DNA of 63,656 bases, the filler included, from Tortispora ganteri (lineage: Eukaryota): assembly GCA_003707115.1 (NCBI GenBank). It is 14 parts of 14 records of this genome, joined end to end, with 100 filler letters (N's around TTAATTAATTAA, not from the genome) between each part and the next. Parts side by side here need not be neighbours in the genome. Positions count along the whole stretch, not along the records: positions 44,167 to 48,663 come from PPNB01000078.1; positions 48,764 to 53,206 come from PPNB01000079.1; positions 53,307 to 57,733 come from PPNB01000080.1; 11 more parts are not named here. One strand, written 5' to 3'. Position 1 is the stretch's first letter, and each line of letters starts with the position of its first letter. Under the pieces are notes generated by a model that saw only the letters and a list, made by a program, of their open reading frames with translations, was not told the DNA's origin and did no database searches. Shown piece by piece: positions 44,169 through 56,300 of the stretch. Position numbers and translations under genes: made by a program.

Positions 44169-46583
44169 TCACCTAGTCTTTCGAGTGGTTTGGCATCTTC
44201 TTCAATAATCAGCAACTCAAGTCTGCTGTCGACCTCTTTCTTAAGCTTCTCGAGTGCTGTCGTGTCAACTTCTACATTTGGTAATTCAAGCATGTTGCCA
44301 AGTGCTTCAGTTGCTAGCTCGAGCGTTCTTGCGTCTTCAACGATTTTAAGCAATTCAAGTGTTGTATCAGTTTCATCGGTATTAAGCAACTCGAGCATCT
44401 TACCGACTTCGGCCTACAGTAATTCAAGTGCTTTACCGGTTACTTCGTCTGACGTCTCGAGCATTCTGTTTTCTTCATCGGTGTTTAGCAACTCAAGTGC
44501 TTTACCGACGTCGATTTACAGCAACTCAAGTCTCTTGCCCTCGTCGATCTACAGCAACTCGAGCGCCTTGCCATCATCAATTTACAGTAACTCGAGCGCC
44601 TTGCCGACGTCGATCTACAGCAACTCGAGTGTCATACCCTCTTCGATCTACAGCAACTCGAGCGTCTTGCCAACTTCGATCTTCAGCAACTCTACTGTCT
44701 TGCCATCTTCGATCTTCAGCAACTCTACTGTCTTGCCATCTTCGATCTTCAGCAACTCTACTGTCTTGCCATCTTCGATTTACAGCAACTCGAGCACCTT
44801 GCCGACGTCGATCTACAGCAACTCGAGTGTCATACCGACGTCGATCTACAGTAACTCAAGTGCTTTACCGACGTCGATTTACAGTAACTCGAGCGTCTTG
44901 CCGACGTCGATCTACAGCAACTCAAGTCTCTTGCCCTCGTCGATCTATAGTAACTCGAGCGTCTTGCCATCATCAATTTACAGTAACTCAAGTGCTTTAC
45001 CGACGTCCATCTACAGCAACTCGAGTGTCATACCCTCTTCGATCTACAGCAACTCGAGCGTCTTGCCAACTTCGATCTATAGTAACTCGAGTGTGTTACC
45101 AACATCGATCTACAGTAACTCAAGTGCTTTACCGACGTCGATTTACAGTAACTCGAGCGCCTTACCGACGTCGATCTACAGCAACTCGAGTGTCATACCG
45201 ACGTCGATCTACAGTAACTCAAGTGCTTTACCGACGTCGATTTACAGTAACTCGAGCGCCTTGCCGACGTCGATCTACAGCAATTCAAGCGCCTTACCGA
45301 CGTCGATATACAGCAACTCGAGTGTCTTAGCCTCTTCAATCTACAGCAACTCAAGTGCTTTACCGACGTCGATTTACAGTAACTCGAGCGTCTTGCCAAC
45401 GTCGATATACAGCAACTCGAGTGTCATACCGACGTCGATCTACAGCAACTCAAGTGCCTTGTCTACGTCGATCTACAGCAACTCGAGTGTCTGGCCGACG
45501 TCGATCTATAGTAACTCAAGTGTCTTACCATCTTCGATCTACAGCAACTCGAGCACCTTGCCAACTTCGATCTATAGTAACTCGAGCGTGTTACCGACGT
45601 CGATTTACAGCAACTCGAGCATCTTGCCCTCGTCAATCTATAGTAACTCGAGCGTGTTACCGACGTCGATTTACAGCAACTCAAGCGCCTTACCAACGTC
45701 GATCTACAGCAACTCGAGCGCCTTACCAACGTCGATCTACAGCAACTCAAGTGCCTTGTCTACGTCGATCTACAGCAACTCAAGCGCCTTGTCTACGTCG
45801 ATCTACAGTAACTCGAGTGTCTTACCCTCTTCAATCTACAGCAACTCTAGCGTCTTACCAACTTCGATCTACAGCAACTCTAGCACCTTACCGACTTCGT
45901 CTGGCAACTCAAGCGTCTTACCATCTTCGATCTACAGCAACTCTAGCACCTTACCGACTTCGTCTGGCAACTCAAGCGTCTTACCAAATTCGTCTGGCAT
46001 CTCAAGCATTCTATCATATTCATCGGAGTTAAGCACTTCGAGTTTCGATATCAGCACGTCCATCTCGGTTCAGTCGAGTTCGACCATCTCGAGTATCCCC
46101 AGCTGTGCAGTGACGTCTAACGCCTGCCAGTGCGAACCGTCGCAGATACTACTGGCGCGAGAATGGGCGGCGGATCTTATGGAGTACAATGAAACTCAGG
46201 TGGCTAACGGGGAATACAGGGTAGGGAATGCAAGCCATGTTGACGTATCAATTGAGGATACTTTAATGCAATTTTATGCTAGGAGCGAGGCAGTGACAGA
46301 GTTGCTGATGTATGTTCCCGGAACAAATAACATACTTGGCTTCTCTACGTTACTAGGTTTCGCAGATTACATAGGATATGCCTATATCGGGGAAGAGGCG
46401 ATGACGTGCTGGGACATGGAAAGAATTGGAAGCGGCGGATGGGAATATACGCACAGTAACGGCCAAGGATCATGGCTTCGCGGAGTACGATTTTTCAACG
46501 GGTGGACGCCGTTGCGAATAGTGGTCTACTCTGAGACAATGAAGGATTTTAGACTCAGCTTCCAGTTTTCTATATTTCGTTAA
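44169..46583 (+). CDS. Adhesin-like family member A6, 3' part: about 50 NSS repeats plus C-terminal PA14-like domain
   Basis: Open frame from contig edge; GYAYIGEEAMTC...NGWTPLRIVVY; ends FSIFR*. Confidence 0.82.
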   Translation, partial: SPSLSSGLASSSIISNSSLLSTSFLSFSSAVVSTSTFGNSSMLPSASVASSSVLASSTILSNSSVVSVSSVLSNSSILPTSAYSNSSALPVTSSDVSSILFSSSVFSNSSALPTSIYSNSSLLPSSIYSNSSALPSSIYSNSSALPTSIYSNSSVIPSSIYSNSSVLPTSIFSNSTVLPSSIFSNSTVLPSSIFSNSTVLPSSIYSNSSTLPTSIYSNSSVIPTSIYSNSSALPTSIYSNSSVLPTSIYSNSSLLPSSIYSNSSVLPSSIYSNSSALPTSIYSNSSVIPSSIYSNSSVLPTSIYSNSSVLPTSIYSNSSALPTSIYSNSSALPTSIYSNSSVIPTSIYSNSSALPTSIYSNSSALPTSIYSNSSALPTSIYSNSSVLASSIYSNSSALPTSIYSNSSVLPTSIYSNSSVIPTSIYSNSSALSTSIYSNSSVWPTSIYSNSSVLPSSIYSNSSTLPTSIYSNSSVLPTSIYSNSSILPSSIYSNSSVLPTSIYSNSSALPTSIYSNSSALPTSIYSNSSALSTSIYSNSSALSTSIYSNSSVLPSSIYSNSSVLPTSIYSNSSTLPTSSGNSSVLPSSIYSNSSTLPTSSGNSSVLPNSSGISSILSYSSELSTSSFDISTSISVQSSSTISSIPSCAVTSNACQCEPSQILLAREWAADLMEYNETQVANGEYRVGNASHVDVSIEDTLMQFYARSEAVTELLMYVPGTNNILGFSTLLGFADYIGYAYIGEEAMTCWDMERIGSGGWEYTHSNGQGSWLRGVRFFNGWTPLRIVVYSETMKDFRLSFQFSIFR

Positions 46584-48763
46584 ATTTTGTAATTATAAAT
46601 TGATGGTTTCAGCCGGTTGCGGGGACGAGAATAATATGATAGGTAGAGTGTGTGGTACTTAAGGAGATTGGGGAGATGATAGGTGGTTTGGGGTGGAGAA
46701 AAAGAACGACTGAGCAGTATTGATTTTGTTAATATGTGTGTTATTTGGAGATTAAGGGAAAAGTAGTGAACAGAAGTGGTTTCCCCTTTCAGTAATGATG
46801 TAAACGAGAAAGTAAAAACAGAGGAAGGTCAAGATGGTACCTACCAATGAATAGAGGATATATGTAATGTATAGATGAGATAATGTGGATTAAAAAGAAA
46901 TAGACATAGAAGTGGATGATAGTCTCGGCGATAGCGGAGATTAGGCGAGACCCCATATGATTGGACGAGGTTAAGGTAAGGTTCTGACAGATTCGCCGAT
47001 CCGGTCTGGCACCTATCGAGACATCTAGCTGTGTTGCTATCGACTCTAGAGCCGAATTGGAGCATTCGCGGTGATTTATACGTTATTCATGTTAAAAAAC
47101 GTAGTTGAAGCAGTTAAAAATGCTACTATGTGTGTAGCGATGAGTCGGAAACTGGCAGTAGTGGACAAAGCTTATACAACACCTGATTGTAACTGTAACT
47201 GTACAGTGCGAGTACAGCGTTCTCCATTTTGGTCTATTTAGCTCTGCATACTGGTGCCCACTCTGCATTGTTTATGTTATTGACCTGGACAATCGGTTGG
47301 CCGCGTGGAATACGTTCTTGCATTTCACTGCACTCAACGTAAAGTTTCATTTTTTCAGGATATGATATTCCTACGAGTGTTTAAATTTATATTTATAGAC
47401 ATATCTATTGATGCATTTTTGAGTAAATGCAGATGAATAAACGAGGAGTAGTCGTTGTGAATTCCCGAAAAAATCGATACTGAAAAATGTAGGTATCTGG
47501 AAAGCCGGTTGAACATATGTGATTAGAAATTAAAGTTTAACTAAATAAGCGGAAGGATACCGGTGCGATAATCGCAATTGTATTGCGGATTGGATAATGG
47601 TAGCAGTACCGACAAACCAATAAAATATTGAAGCAGAGAGTAACAGGCTTTAGATTTTGTTTCTTTGTTGCTGGAACGAGTGGACGGAATGTAGGAATTG
47701 TAGTAGAGTAAATGTTTCGAGCTACTCCTAATCCCGCCAACCAACCAACTAACGGCTTTCAGCCTCTATAACTTAGCGTGCACACAGCTATCGCAGCCTA
47801 TTTAATCGCTTAGTATATAAACTGCTCTAAATAAATAATTACCTTCTCCAGTTCTCAATAGATTTACCAGCGCGGTCCCGTATTATATATCCAACAATAA
47901 ACTTTCGCATCAACACGTTGCAGGCACGCTCCATAATCTAGCCGGAGCATCTCACATCTCCTCGCTGACTACTCTCCGTTTGTATGGACTACTATAAACT
48001 ATTTTGCTCTCAAAAATAAGCAGTCTTCGCCTACATGCGCCAAAGAAGTCGCGCAATTTCGCTTCTCGTCTGCATTCAAGGGTCGAATAGGCGGAATAAA
48101 CCCTAACCTGGTTTCAGGCGGCGCGAATTCCCAATATACTTTAGGCACATTAATCAAAGCCTTTTCCATATGACGTAGAAGGTATAAACATATAATCCGA
48201 CACCCTTTTACTTACCACCAACTTCTGTGCATTCATGGTTTCTTTGTATTCCAACAGAAGATCTCAAGGCGGCACTGTTGGTGCCGCTGGTTTACAGGTA
48301 AGTTCTTGTCCTGCTAATCTTTTCCTCCATGAATCGTGCATCGCGAGGCTTCCCCCCCAGGTACCCTGCATGAAGCCATTGAATGCATGATTTCTCGACC
48401 GTATAGAAAGCAGCAACTGTGAGGATCATGCGAATTTCGCCTTGTATTCAAATTTGTTGTTTTACGATCTATAACCACCCGCCCATGTGATGCCTCGTGT
48501 TACGCAGTCTGTCCTCAGGATGCTTCGGGCTATGGCTGCCTCCTATGCACTTGGATTCGCCGACCCAGGTTGCATCTCTTTTGTAGCCCAGCTTTTCTTC
48601 TCGTTGGAAGGCTTGTTCTATTTTTGCTCCATTCTTAACATGATTGGCGACGCAGTTATTGATNNNNNNNNNNNNNNNNNNNNNNNNNNNNNNNNNNNNN
48701 NNNNNNNTTAATTAATTAANNNNNNNNNNNNNNNNNNNNNNNNNNNNNNNNNNNNNNNNNNNN

Positions 48764-51127
48764 TCGATCTACAGCAACTCAAGTGCTTTACCGACGTCGA
48801 TTTACAGCAACTCAAGTGCCTTGTCTACGTCGATCTACAGCAACTCGAGTGTCTGGCCAACGTCGATCTACAGCAACTCAAGTGCCTTGTCTACGTCGAT
48901 CTACAGCAACTCGAGTGTCTGGCCGACATCGATCTATAGTAACTCAAGTGCCTTGTCTACGTCGATCTACAGCAACTCGAGTGTCTTGCCATCTTCGATC
49001 TATAGTAACTCGAGCGTGTTACCGACGTCGATTTACAGCAACTCGAGCGTCTTGCCAACTTCGATCTATAGTAACTCGAGCGTGTTACCGACGTCGATTT
49101 ATAGCAACTCGAGCGTCTTGCCCTCGTCAATCTACAGTAACTCGAGCGTGTTACCGACGTCGATTTATAGCAACTCGAGCGTCTTGCCCTCGTCAATCTA
49201 CAGTAACTCAAGTGCCTTGTCTACGTCGATTTACAGCAACTCAAGTCTCTTGCCCTCGTCGATCTATAGTAACTCAAGTGTCTTGCCATCTTCGATATAT
49301 AGTAACTCGAGTGTCTGGCCGTCGTCGATCTACAGCAACTCAAGTGCCTTGTCTACGTCGATCTACAGCAACTCGAGTGTCTGGCCGACATCGATCTATA
49401 GCAACTCGAGTGTCTGGCCGACGTCGATCTATAGTAACTCAAGTGTCTTACCATCTTCGATCTACAGCAACTCGAGCACCTTGCCAACTTCGATCTATAG
49501 TAACTCGAGCGTGTTACCGACGTCGATTTACAGCAACTCGAGCGTCTTGCCCTCGTCGATCTATAGTAACTCAAGTGCCTTGTCTACGTCGATCTACAGC
49601 AACTCGAGCGCCTTGCCATCATCAATTTACAGCAACTCAAGTGCCTTGTCTACGTCGATCTACAGCAACTCGAGCGCCTTGCCATCATCAATTTACAGCA
49701 ACTCGAGCGCCTTACCAGCGTCGATCTACAGTAACTCGAGCACCTTGCCATCATCAATTTACAGCAACTCGAGCGCCTTACCAGCGTCGATCTACAGTAA
49801 CTCGAGCACCTTACCAACGTCGATCTACAGCAACTCGAGCGCCTTACCAACGTCGATCTACAGCAACTCAAGTGCCTTACCAACGTCGATCTACAGCAAC
49901 TCAAGTGCCTTGCCATCATCAATTTACAGCAACTCAAGTGCCTTACCAACGTCGATCTACAGCAACTCAAGTGCCTTGTCTACGTCGATCTACAGCAACT
50001 CGAGCACCTTGCCGACTTCGTCTGGCAACTCAAGCGTCTCACCCTCGTCAATCTACAGCAACTCGAGCGTGTTACCGACGTCGTCTGGCAACTCAAGCGC
50101 CTTACCAACGTCGATCTACAGCAACTCGAGCGCCTTACCTACGTCGATTTACAGCAACTCAAGTGCCTTGTCTACGTCGATCTACAGCAACTCAAGCGCC
50201 TTGTCTACGTCGATCTACAGCAACTCGAGTGTCTTACCCTCTTCAATCTACAGCAACTCAAGCGCCTTGTCTACGTCGATCTACAGTAACTCGAGTGTCT
50301 TGCCCTCTTCAATCTACAGCAACTCAAGCGTCTTACCAACTTCGATCTACAGCAACTCGAGTGTCTTGCCCTCTTCAATCTACAGCAACTCAAGCGTCTT
50401 ACCATCTTCGATCTACAGCAACTCTAGCACCTTACCGACTTCGTCTGGCAACTCAAGCGTCTTACCAAATTCGATCTACAGCAACTCGAGCACCTTACCG
50501 ACTTCGTCTGGCAACTCAAGCGTCTTACCAAATTCGTCTGGCATCTCAAGCATTCTATCATATTCATCGGAGTTAAGCACTTCGAGTTTCGATATCAGCA
50601 CGTCCATCTCGGTTCAGTCGAGTTCGACCATCTCGAGTATCCCCAGCTGTGCAGTGACGTATAACGCCTGCCAGTGCGAACCGTCGCAGATACTACTGGC
50701 GCGAGAATGGGCGGCGGATCTTATGGAGTACAATGAAACTCAGGTGGCTAACGGGGAATACCGGGTAGGGAATGCAAGCCATGTTGACGTATTAATTACG
50801 GATACTTCCATGGAATTTTTTGCTAATAGCAAGGTAGTGACAGAGTTTCTGATGTATGTTCCCGGAACAAATAGCATACTTGACTTCTCTTCGCCAATAG
50901 GTTTCACAGGTTACATAGGATATGCCTATATCGGGGAAGAGGCGATGACGTGCTGGGATATGGAAAGAATTGGAAGCGGCGGATGGGAATATACGCACAG
51001 TAACGGCCAAGGATCATGGCTTGGCGGAGTACGATTTTTCAACGGGTGGACGCCGTTGCGAATAGTGATCTACCCTGAGAGAATGGAGTATTTTTCTCTC
51101 AGCTTCCACAATTCTATATTTCGTTAA
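48764..51127 (+). CDS. Adhesin-like member A7 (allele or recent duplicate of A6), 3' part: over 55 NSS repeats plus C-terminal domain
   Basis: Same 2.08-kb downstream flank as A6; variant C-domain. Confidence 0.82.
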   Translation, partial: SIYSNSSALPTSIYSNSSALSTSIYSNSSVWPTSIYSNSSALSTSIYSNSSVWPTSIYSNSSALSTSIYSNSSVLPSSIYSNSSVLPTSIYSNSSVLPTSIYSNSSVLPTSIYSNSSVLPSSIYSNSSVLPTSIYSNSSVLPSSIYSNSSALSTSIYSNSSLLPSSIYSNSSVLPSSIYSNSSVWPSSIYSNSSALSTSIYSNSSVWPTSIYSNSSVWPTSIYSNSSVLPSSIYSNSSTLPTSIYSNSSVLPTSIYSNSSVLPSSIYSNSSALSTSIYSNSSALPSSIYSNSSALSTSIYSNSSALPSSIYSNSSALPASIYSNSSTLPSSIYSNSSALPASIYSNSSTLPTSIYSNSSALPTSIYSNSSALPTSIYSNSSALPSSIYSNSSALPTSIYSNSSALSTSIYSNSSTLPTSSGNSSVSPSSIYSNSSVLPTSSGNSSALPTSIYSNSSALPTSIYSNSSALSTSIYSNSSALSTSIYSNSSVLPSSIYSNSSALSTSIYSNSSVLPSSIYSNSSVLPTSIYSNSSVLPSSIYSNSSVLPSSIYSNSSTLPTSSGNSSVLPNSIYSNSSTLPTSSGNSSVLPNSSGISSILSYSSELSTSSFDISTSISVQSSSTISSIPSCAVTYNACQCEPSQILLAREWAADLMEYNETQVANGEYRVGNASHVDVLITDTSMEFFANSKVVTEFLMYVPGTNSILDFSSPIGFTGYIGYAYIGEEAMTCWDMERIGSGGWEYTHSNGQGSWLGGVRFFNGWTPLRIVIYPERMEYFSLSFHNSIFR

Positions 51128-53306
51128 ATTTTGTAATTATAAATTGATGGTTTCAGCCGGTTGCGGGGACGAGAATAATATGATAGGTAGAGTGTGTGGT
51201 ACTTAAGGAGATTGGGGAGATGACAGGTGGTTTGGGGTGGAGAAAAAGAACGACTGAGCAGTATTGATTTTGTTAATATGTGTGTTATTTGGAGATTAAG
51301 GGAAAAGTAGTGAACAGAAGTGGTTTCCCCTTTCAGTAATGATGAAAACGAGAAAGTAAAAACAGAGGAAGGTCAAGATGGTACCTACCAATGAATAGAG
51401 GATATATGTAATGTATAGATGAGATAATGTGGATTAAAAAGAAATAGACATAGAAGTGGATGATAGTCTCGGCGATAGCGGAGATTAGGCGAGACCCCAT
51501 ATGATTGGACGAGGTTAAGGTAAGGTTCTGACAGATTCGCCGATCCGGTCTGGCACCTATCGAGACATCTAGCTGTGTTGCTATCGACTCTAGAGCCGAA
51601 TTGGAACATTCGCGGTGATTTATACGTTATTCATGTTAAAAAACGTAGTTGAAGCAGTTAAAAATGCTACTATGTGTGTAGCGATGAGTCGGAAACTGGC
51701 AGTAGTGGACAAAGCTTGTACAACACCTGATTGTAACTGTAACTGTACAGTGCGAGTACAGCGTTCTCCATTCTGGTCTATTTAGCTCTGCATACTGGTG
51801 CCCACTCTGCATTGTTTATGTTATTGACCTGGACAATCGGTTGGCCGCGTGGAATACGTTCTTGCATTTCACTGCACTCAACGTAAAGTTTCATTTTTTC
51901 AGGATATGATATTCCTACGAGTGTTTAAATTTATTTTTATAAACATATCTATTGATGCATTTTTGAGTAAATGCAGATGAATAAACGAGGAGTAGTCGTT
52001 GTGAATTCCCGAAAAAATCGATACTGAAAAATGTAGGTATCTGGAAAGCCGGTTGAACATATGTGATTAGAAATTAAAGTTTAACTAAATAAGCGGAAGG
52101 ATACCGGTGCGATAATCGCAATTGTATTGCGGATTGGATAATGGTAGCAGTACCGACAAACCAATAAAATATTGAAGCAGAGAGTAACAGGCTTTAGATT
52201 TTGTTTCTTTGTTGCTGGAACGAGTGGACGGAATGTAGGAATTGTAGTAGAGTAAATGTTTCGATCTACTCCTAATCCCGCCAACCAACCAACTAACGGC
52301 TTTCAGCCTCTATAACTTAGCGTGCACACAGCTATCGCAGCCTATTTAATCGCTTAGTATATAAACTGCTCTAAATAAATAATTACCTTCTCCAGTTCTC
52401 AATAGATTTACCAGCGCGGTCCCGTACTATATATCCAACAATAAACTTTCGCATCAACACGTTGCAGGCACGCTCCTTAATCTAGCCGGAGCATCTCACA
52501 TCTCCTCGCTGACTACTCTCCGTTTGTATGGACTACTATAAACTATTTTGCTCTCAAAAATAAGCAATCTTCGCCTACATGCGCCGAAGAAGTCGCGCAA
52601 TTTCGCTTCTCGTCTGCATTCAAGGGTCGAATAGGCGGAATAAACCCTAACCTGGTTTCAGGCGGCGCGAATTCCCAATATACTTTAGGCACACTATTCA
52701 AAGCCTTTTCCATATGACGTAGAAGGTATAAACATATAATCCGACACCCTTTTACTTACCACCAACTTCTGTGCATTCATGGTTTCTTTGTATTCCAACA
52801 GAAGATCTCAAGGCGGCACTGTTGGTGCCGCTGGTTTACAGGTAAGTTCTTGTCCTGCTAATCTTTTCCTCCATGAATCGTGCATCGCGAGGCTTCCCCC
52901 CAGGTACCCTGCATGAAGCCATTGAATGCATGATTTCTCGACCGTATAGAAAGCAGCAACTGTGAGGATCATGCGAATTTCGCCTTGTATTCAAATTTGT
53001 TGTTTTTCGATCTATAACCACCCGCCCATGTGATGCCTCGTGTTACGCAGTCTGTCCTCAGGATGCTTCGGGCTATGGCTGCCTCCTATGCACTTGGATT
53101 CGCCGACCCAGGTTGCATCTCTTTTGTAGCCCAGCTTTTCTTCTCGTTGGAAGGCTTGTTCTATTTTTGCTCCATTCTTAACATGATTGGCGACGCAGTT
53201 ATTGATNNNNNNNNNNNNNNNNNNNNNNNNNNNNNNNNNNNNNNNNNNNNTTAATTAATTAANNNNNNNNNNNNNNNNNNNNNNNNNNNNNNNNNNNNNN
53301 NNNNNN

Positions 53307-56300
53307 GAACGAGTGAAGTCTCCTTTGATTGCTGCAATGCATGCTTGATTATCTTCGTAAAGTGCAACGCCTTCAGGATGCTGTATCCCTATTTCTGATA
53401 GCTTTCGTTTAAGATAAACGGCTTCAACGGCGGCAGAAGATATAGCAACGTATTCTGCATGCGCTGTGGCAAGTGCAGTTACTTTTTGCTTGACTGAGGC
53501 CCAAGCAATGGGGCCACCAGCTTGAAATAGAACCCAGCCTGTGGTTGATTTGCAATCCGTGCGATTTTGATAACTGGCATCAGCATATCCATGTATGTGC
53601 TCATCAGCTCCATACTTGTAGAGTATACCTTGGTCTTTTGTATATTTGAGATATTGAAAGATTCGTTTGACGGCATTCCAGTGTGCCTTGGTAGGACAAG
53701 TGGAGAAAGATGCTAGAGCATTCACAGAAAATGCTATATCAGGACGAGTGAGATTTGCAAGAAACATCAGCGTCCCTATTGCACTTCTGAACTCATTGAA
53801 GTCCTCATTGGGTTGAGGTTTTGTAATGATGTCCAGTCCTACAGCCATTGGAGTAAATTTCTCAGCAGCGTCAGTTAATTCGAATCTGGCCAGTGCTCGT
53901 TCTATGAAGAAACTTTGAGATATATGAATGCCTTCGTCAGTGTGTTTGACGTTGAGGCTCAGAAACGAGGAAATTGGTTGTTGAATTGATGCAGTATACT
54001 TAGAGTTTAGTTGATGATGAAATTCAAGGATTAAATCCTCAGATTCTGCAATGACTGCAATATCATCAACATAAATCGCAAGCATAATGTTCTTTTTATA
54101 AAAGAAGCAATCATCATAAGTGTTCTGAGTAAAACCCAGTTCTTTGATGGTTTCAACTAAGGTTTCATTCCAGCGTCTTGGAGCCTGTTTGAGACCATAT
54201 AGAGTTTTCTTGAGTTTGCAGACTCTGTCTGTTCCGTCTTCGAACCCTTGAGGTTGTTTCATATAAACATTTTCTTCCAGTTTAGCATTGAGAAAGGCTG
54301 TCTCGACGTCGATTTGTGCTGTGTACCAATTTCTGGAGGCAGCAATTGCAAGGAGCATCCGTACCATTGTATAGGAGGCCACGCTTGCATAAACTTCGTC
54401 GAAATTCAGTCCTTTTATTTGCTGAAAACCTTTTGCAACGAGTCTAGCTTTGAACTTGTCAAAGACACCTTCAGCTGTCTCTTTGACTCTGAAGACCCAC
54501 ATGTTATCAATTGGTTTGATGCCTGGTGGGCATTTGACCAGTTCCCATGTTCCTTTTGCGATTAGGGAAGTTAATTCGGAGTTGCATGCCTCATTCCATT
54601 TATCTTTGAGCAAAGATTTTTGAGCTTGGACGATGGACTTAGGCGGGTCAGTTACTTCAGGTAACAAAAGGTACTCATCGACTGCGACCTTGTTTGAAGC
54701 TGAATTTGTAGTTCTTCCTTTCTGAGAGAAGGTAAGATATATTGATTCGGTCGATAATTTGCCAATTTTTGGCAGTTTGGACTTTCGAATCATCAAAGCT
54801 CCTACTTCGTTGATTCTCCCTCGCTTTGGTGATGCGGGAGGAGATAGGCCGATGTTGGTGGGTGCAGGCAGAATTCGTAGATACTCCCTCGAACTTGAGA
54901 TGTCAGTATTGAACCAAGTGACAGCAGAGGATGCTGTATAAAAGATCCTATGCTGAGTAGCACTGTTAAAGAATTCCATGCCGGGGAAGACAGATTCAGA
55001 GAATTTGGCCAGTATACCTAGGAAGGTACGACCATCAGGGGAGATAAACAGATAACCTTTTATGGTGTTGTGATACCCGAGAAAGATACCAGGTATCGCA
55101 TGAGGTCCAAACTTCGTTTTGCTCCTATTTGGGGGAGTAACATAGGCCAGACATCCAAATGGATGAAGAAAACCTGGATGTTGTTTTCGACCAAACATTC
55201 CTTCCAAAGGAGACATATCATTTGGTAGATTACCGAAGCTTATTCTGTTATGAGTATCAGTTACAAACTTAAGGGCATCAGGCCAAAAAGTCTGAGATAA
55301 TCCTGATTGAACCAGTACCGTTCGAGTAACATCCGTCATGGTTTGGATAGCACGTTCAGCAGCTCCATTCTGCTGAGGAGTACCAGGAAGGGAATTCTGA
55401 ATGACACCTCCTTCAATATTGACAAATTCTTCAAGAGTGTGATTGATAATTTCAGTTCCGTTGTCGGCGCGAATTATCTGAAGAGGTTTTCCTGTGAGAT
55501 TGATGCACGATTTTAACCAACTAACGAGCTTTTCAGAAAGATTAGCTTTGGTCGGGGATGGAAATACCGTAGTAAAGTGTGTATAATCATCTCTAATGAG
55601 AAGAAAATACCGTTCACCTTCCCGTCCGATTGGTCTAACTGGACCACAGGTGTCAACATGGACAACACCAAGAGGTCTAGTGGCACGATTCGGGGACGAA
55701 GTGAAGGAGTGTCTTATGCGTTTGCCTTCATTGCATGCAACACAGTCCTGACTGTTAAGCCGTGAATCGATCTGATTGTGTTTCAGAGTACGGTTCACAA
55801 GATCATCACCGAAGTGACCGTAGCGAGCATGCCAATCTTTCATAGATGCATTGGCAATAATTGCATAAGTGCCTATACTAAGTGGTAGGCTAGGATCATT
55901 TGATGTCGACATAGTCAGAATAGGAAGACTTGACTCTTGATCATAGCTCCCTCCAAAGGTAAAACCACTTGGATAGGTTACATTCCAAGAATCTTTTCCA
56001 AACTGAACACGAGCATCATCTTGAGTGAGTCTGCTCACAGAGATAATGTTAATATTTCCTAACTCAGGAAAGATACGAACCCCTGTAAGTTTTAGAGTTC
56101 GGCCGCCGTGGAGTGCAAGTGATGTCGAACCAACTAGGTCTGAGTATGTGTTGTATCCTCCAAACTGCATGTTAATACCGTTTGCACGATCAATTATCTC
56201 AAAGCATTGGCCACCACTTACGTGAGCAGAGGCACCACTGTCAAGAATCCAAACATTTCCAGAAGAAATTGTTGTAGGCTTGACCGAAGCATTGAGCGTG

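Noticed and set aside
44490..45990. 30-bp periodic repeats as a CRISPR-like array
   Set aside because: No unique spacers; these are in-frame coding minisatellites in a eukaryotic gene, and no cas genes are present
46248..46583. Diversity-generating retroelement (VR/TR plus RT) explaining the variable tips
   Set aside because: Differences are not adenine-specific (C/T, C/G and G/T changes occur), there is no template repeat, and the only RTs are copia Pol on unlinked contigs
48290..48663. Coding-like minus-strand sequence at the ends of contigs 10/11, possibly a decayed non-LTR element 3' end
   Set aside because: Stops in all frames and no motif I can confidently recognise
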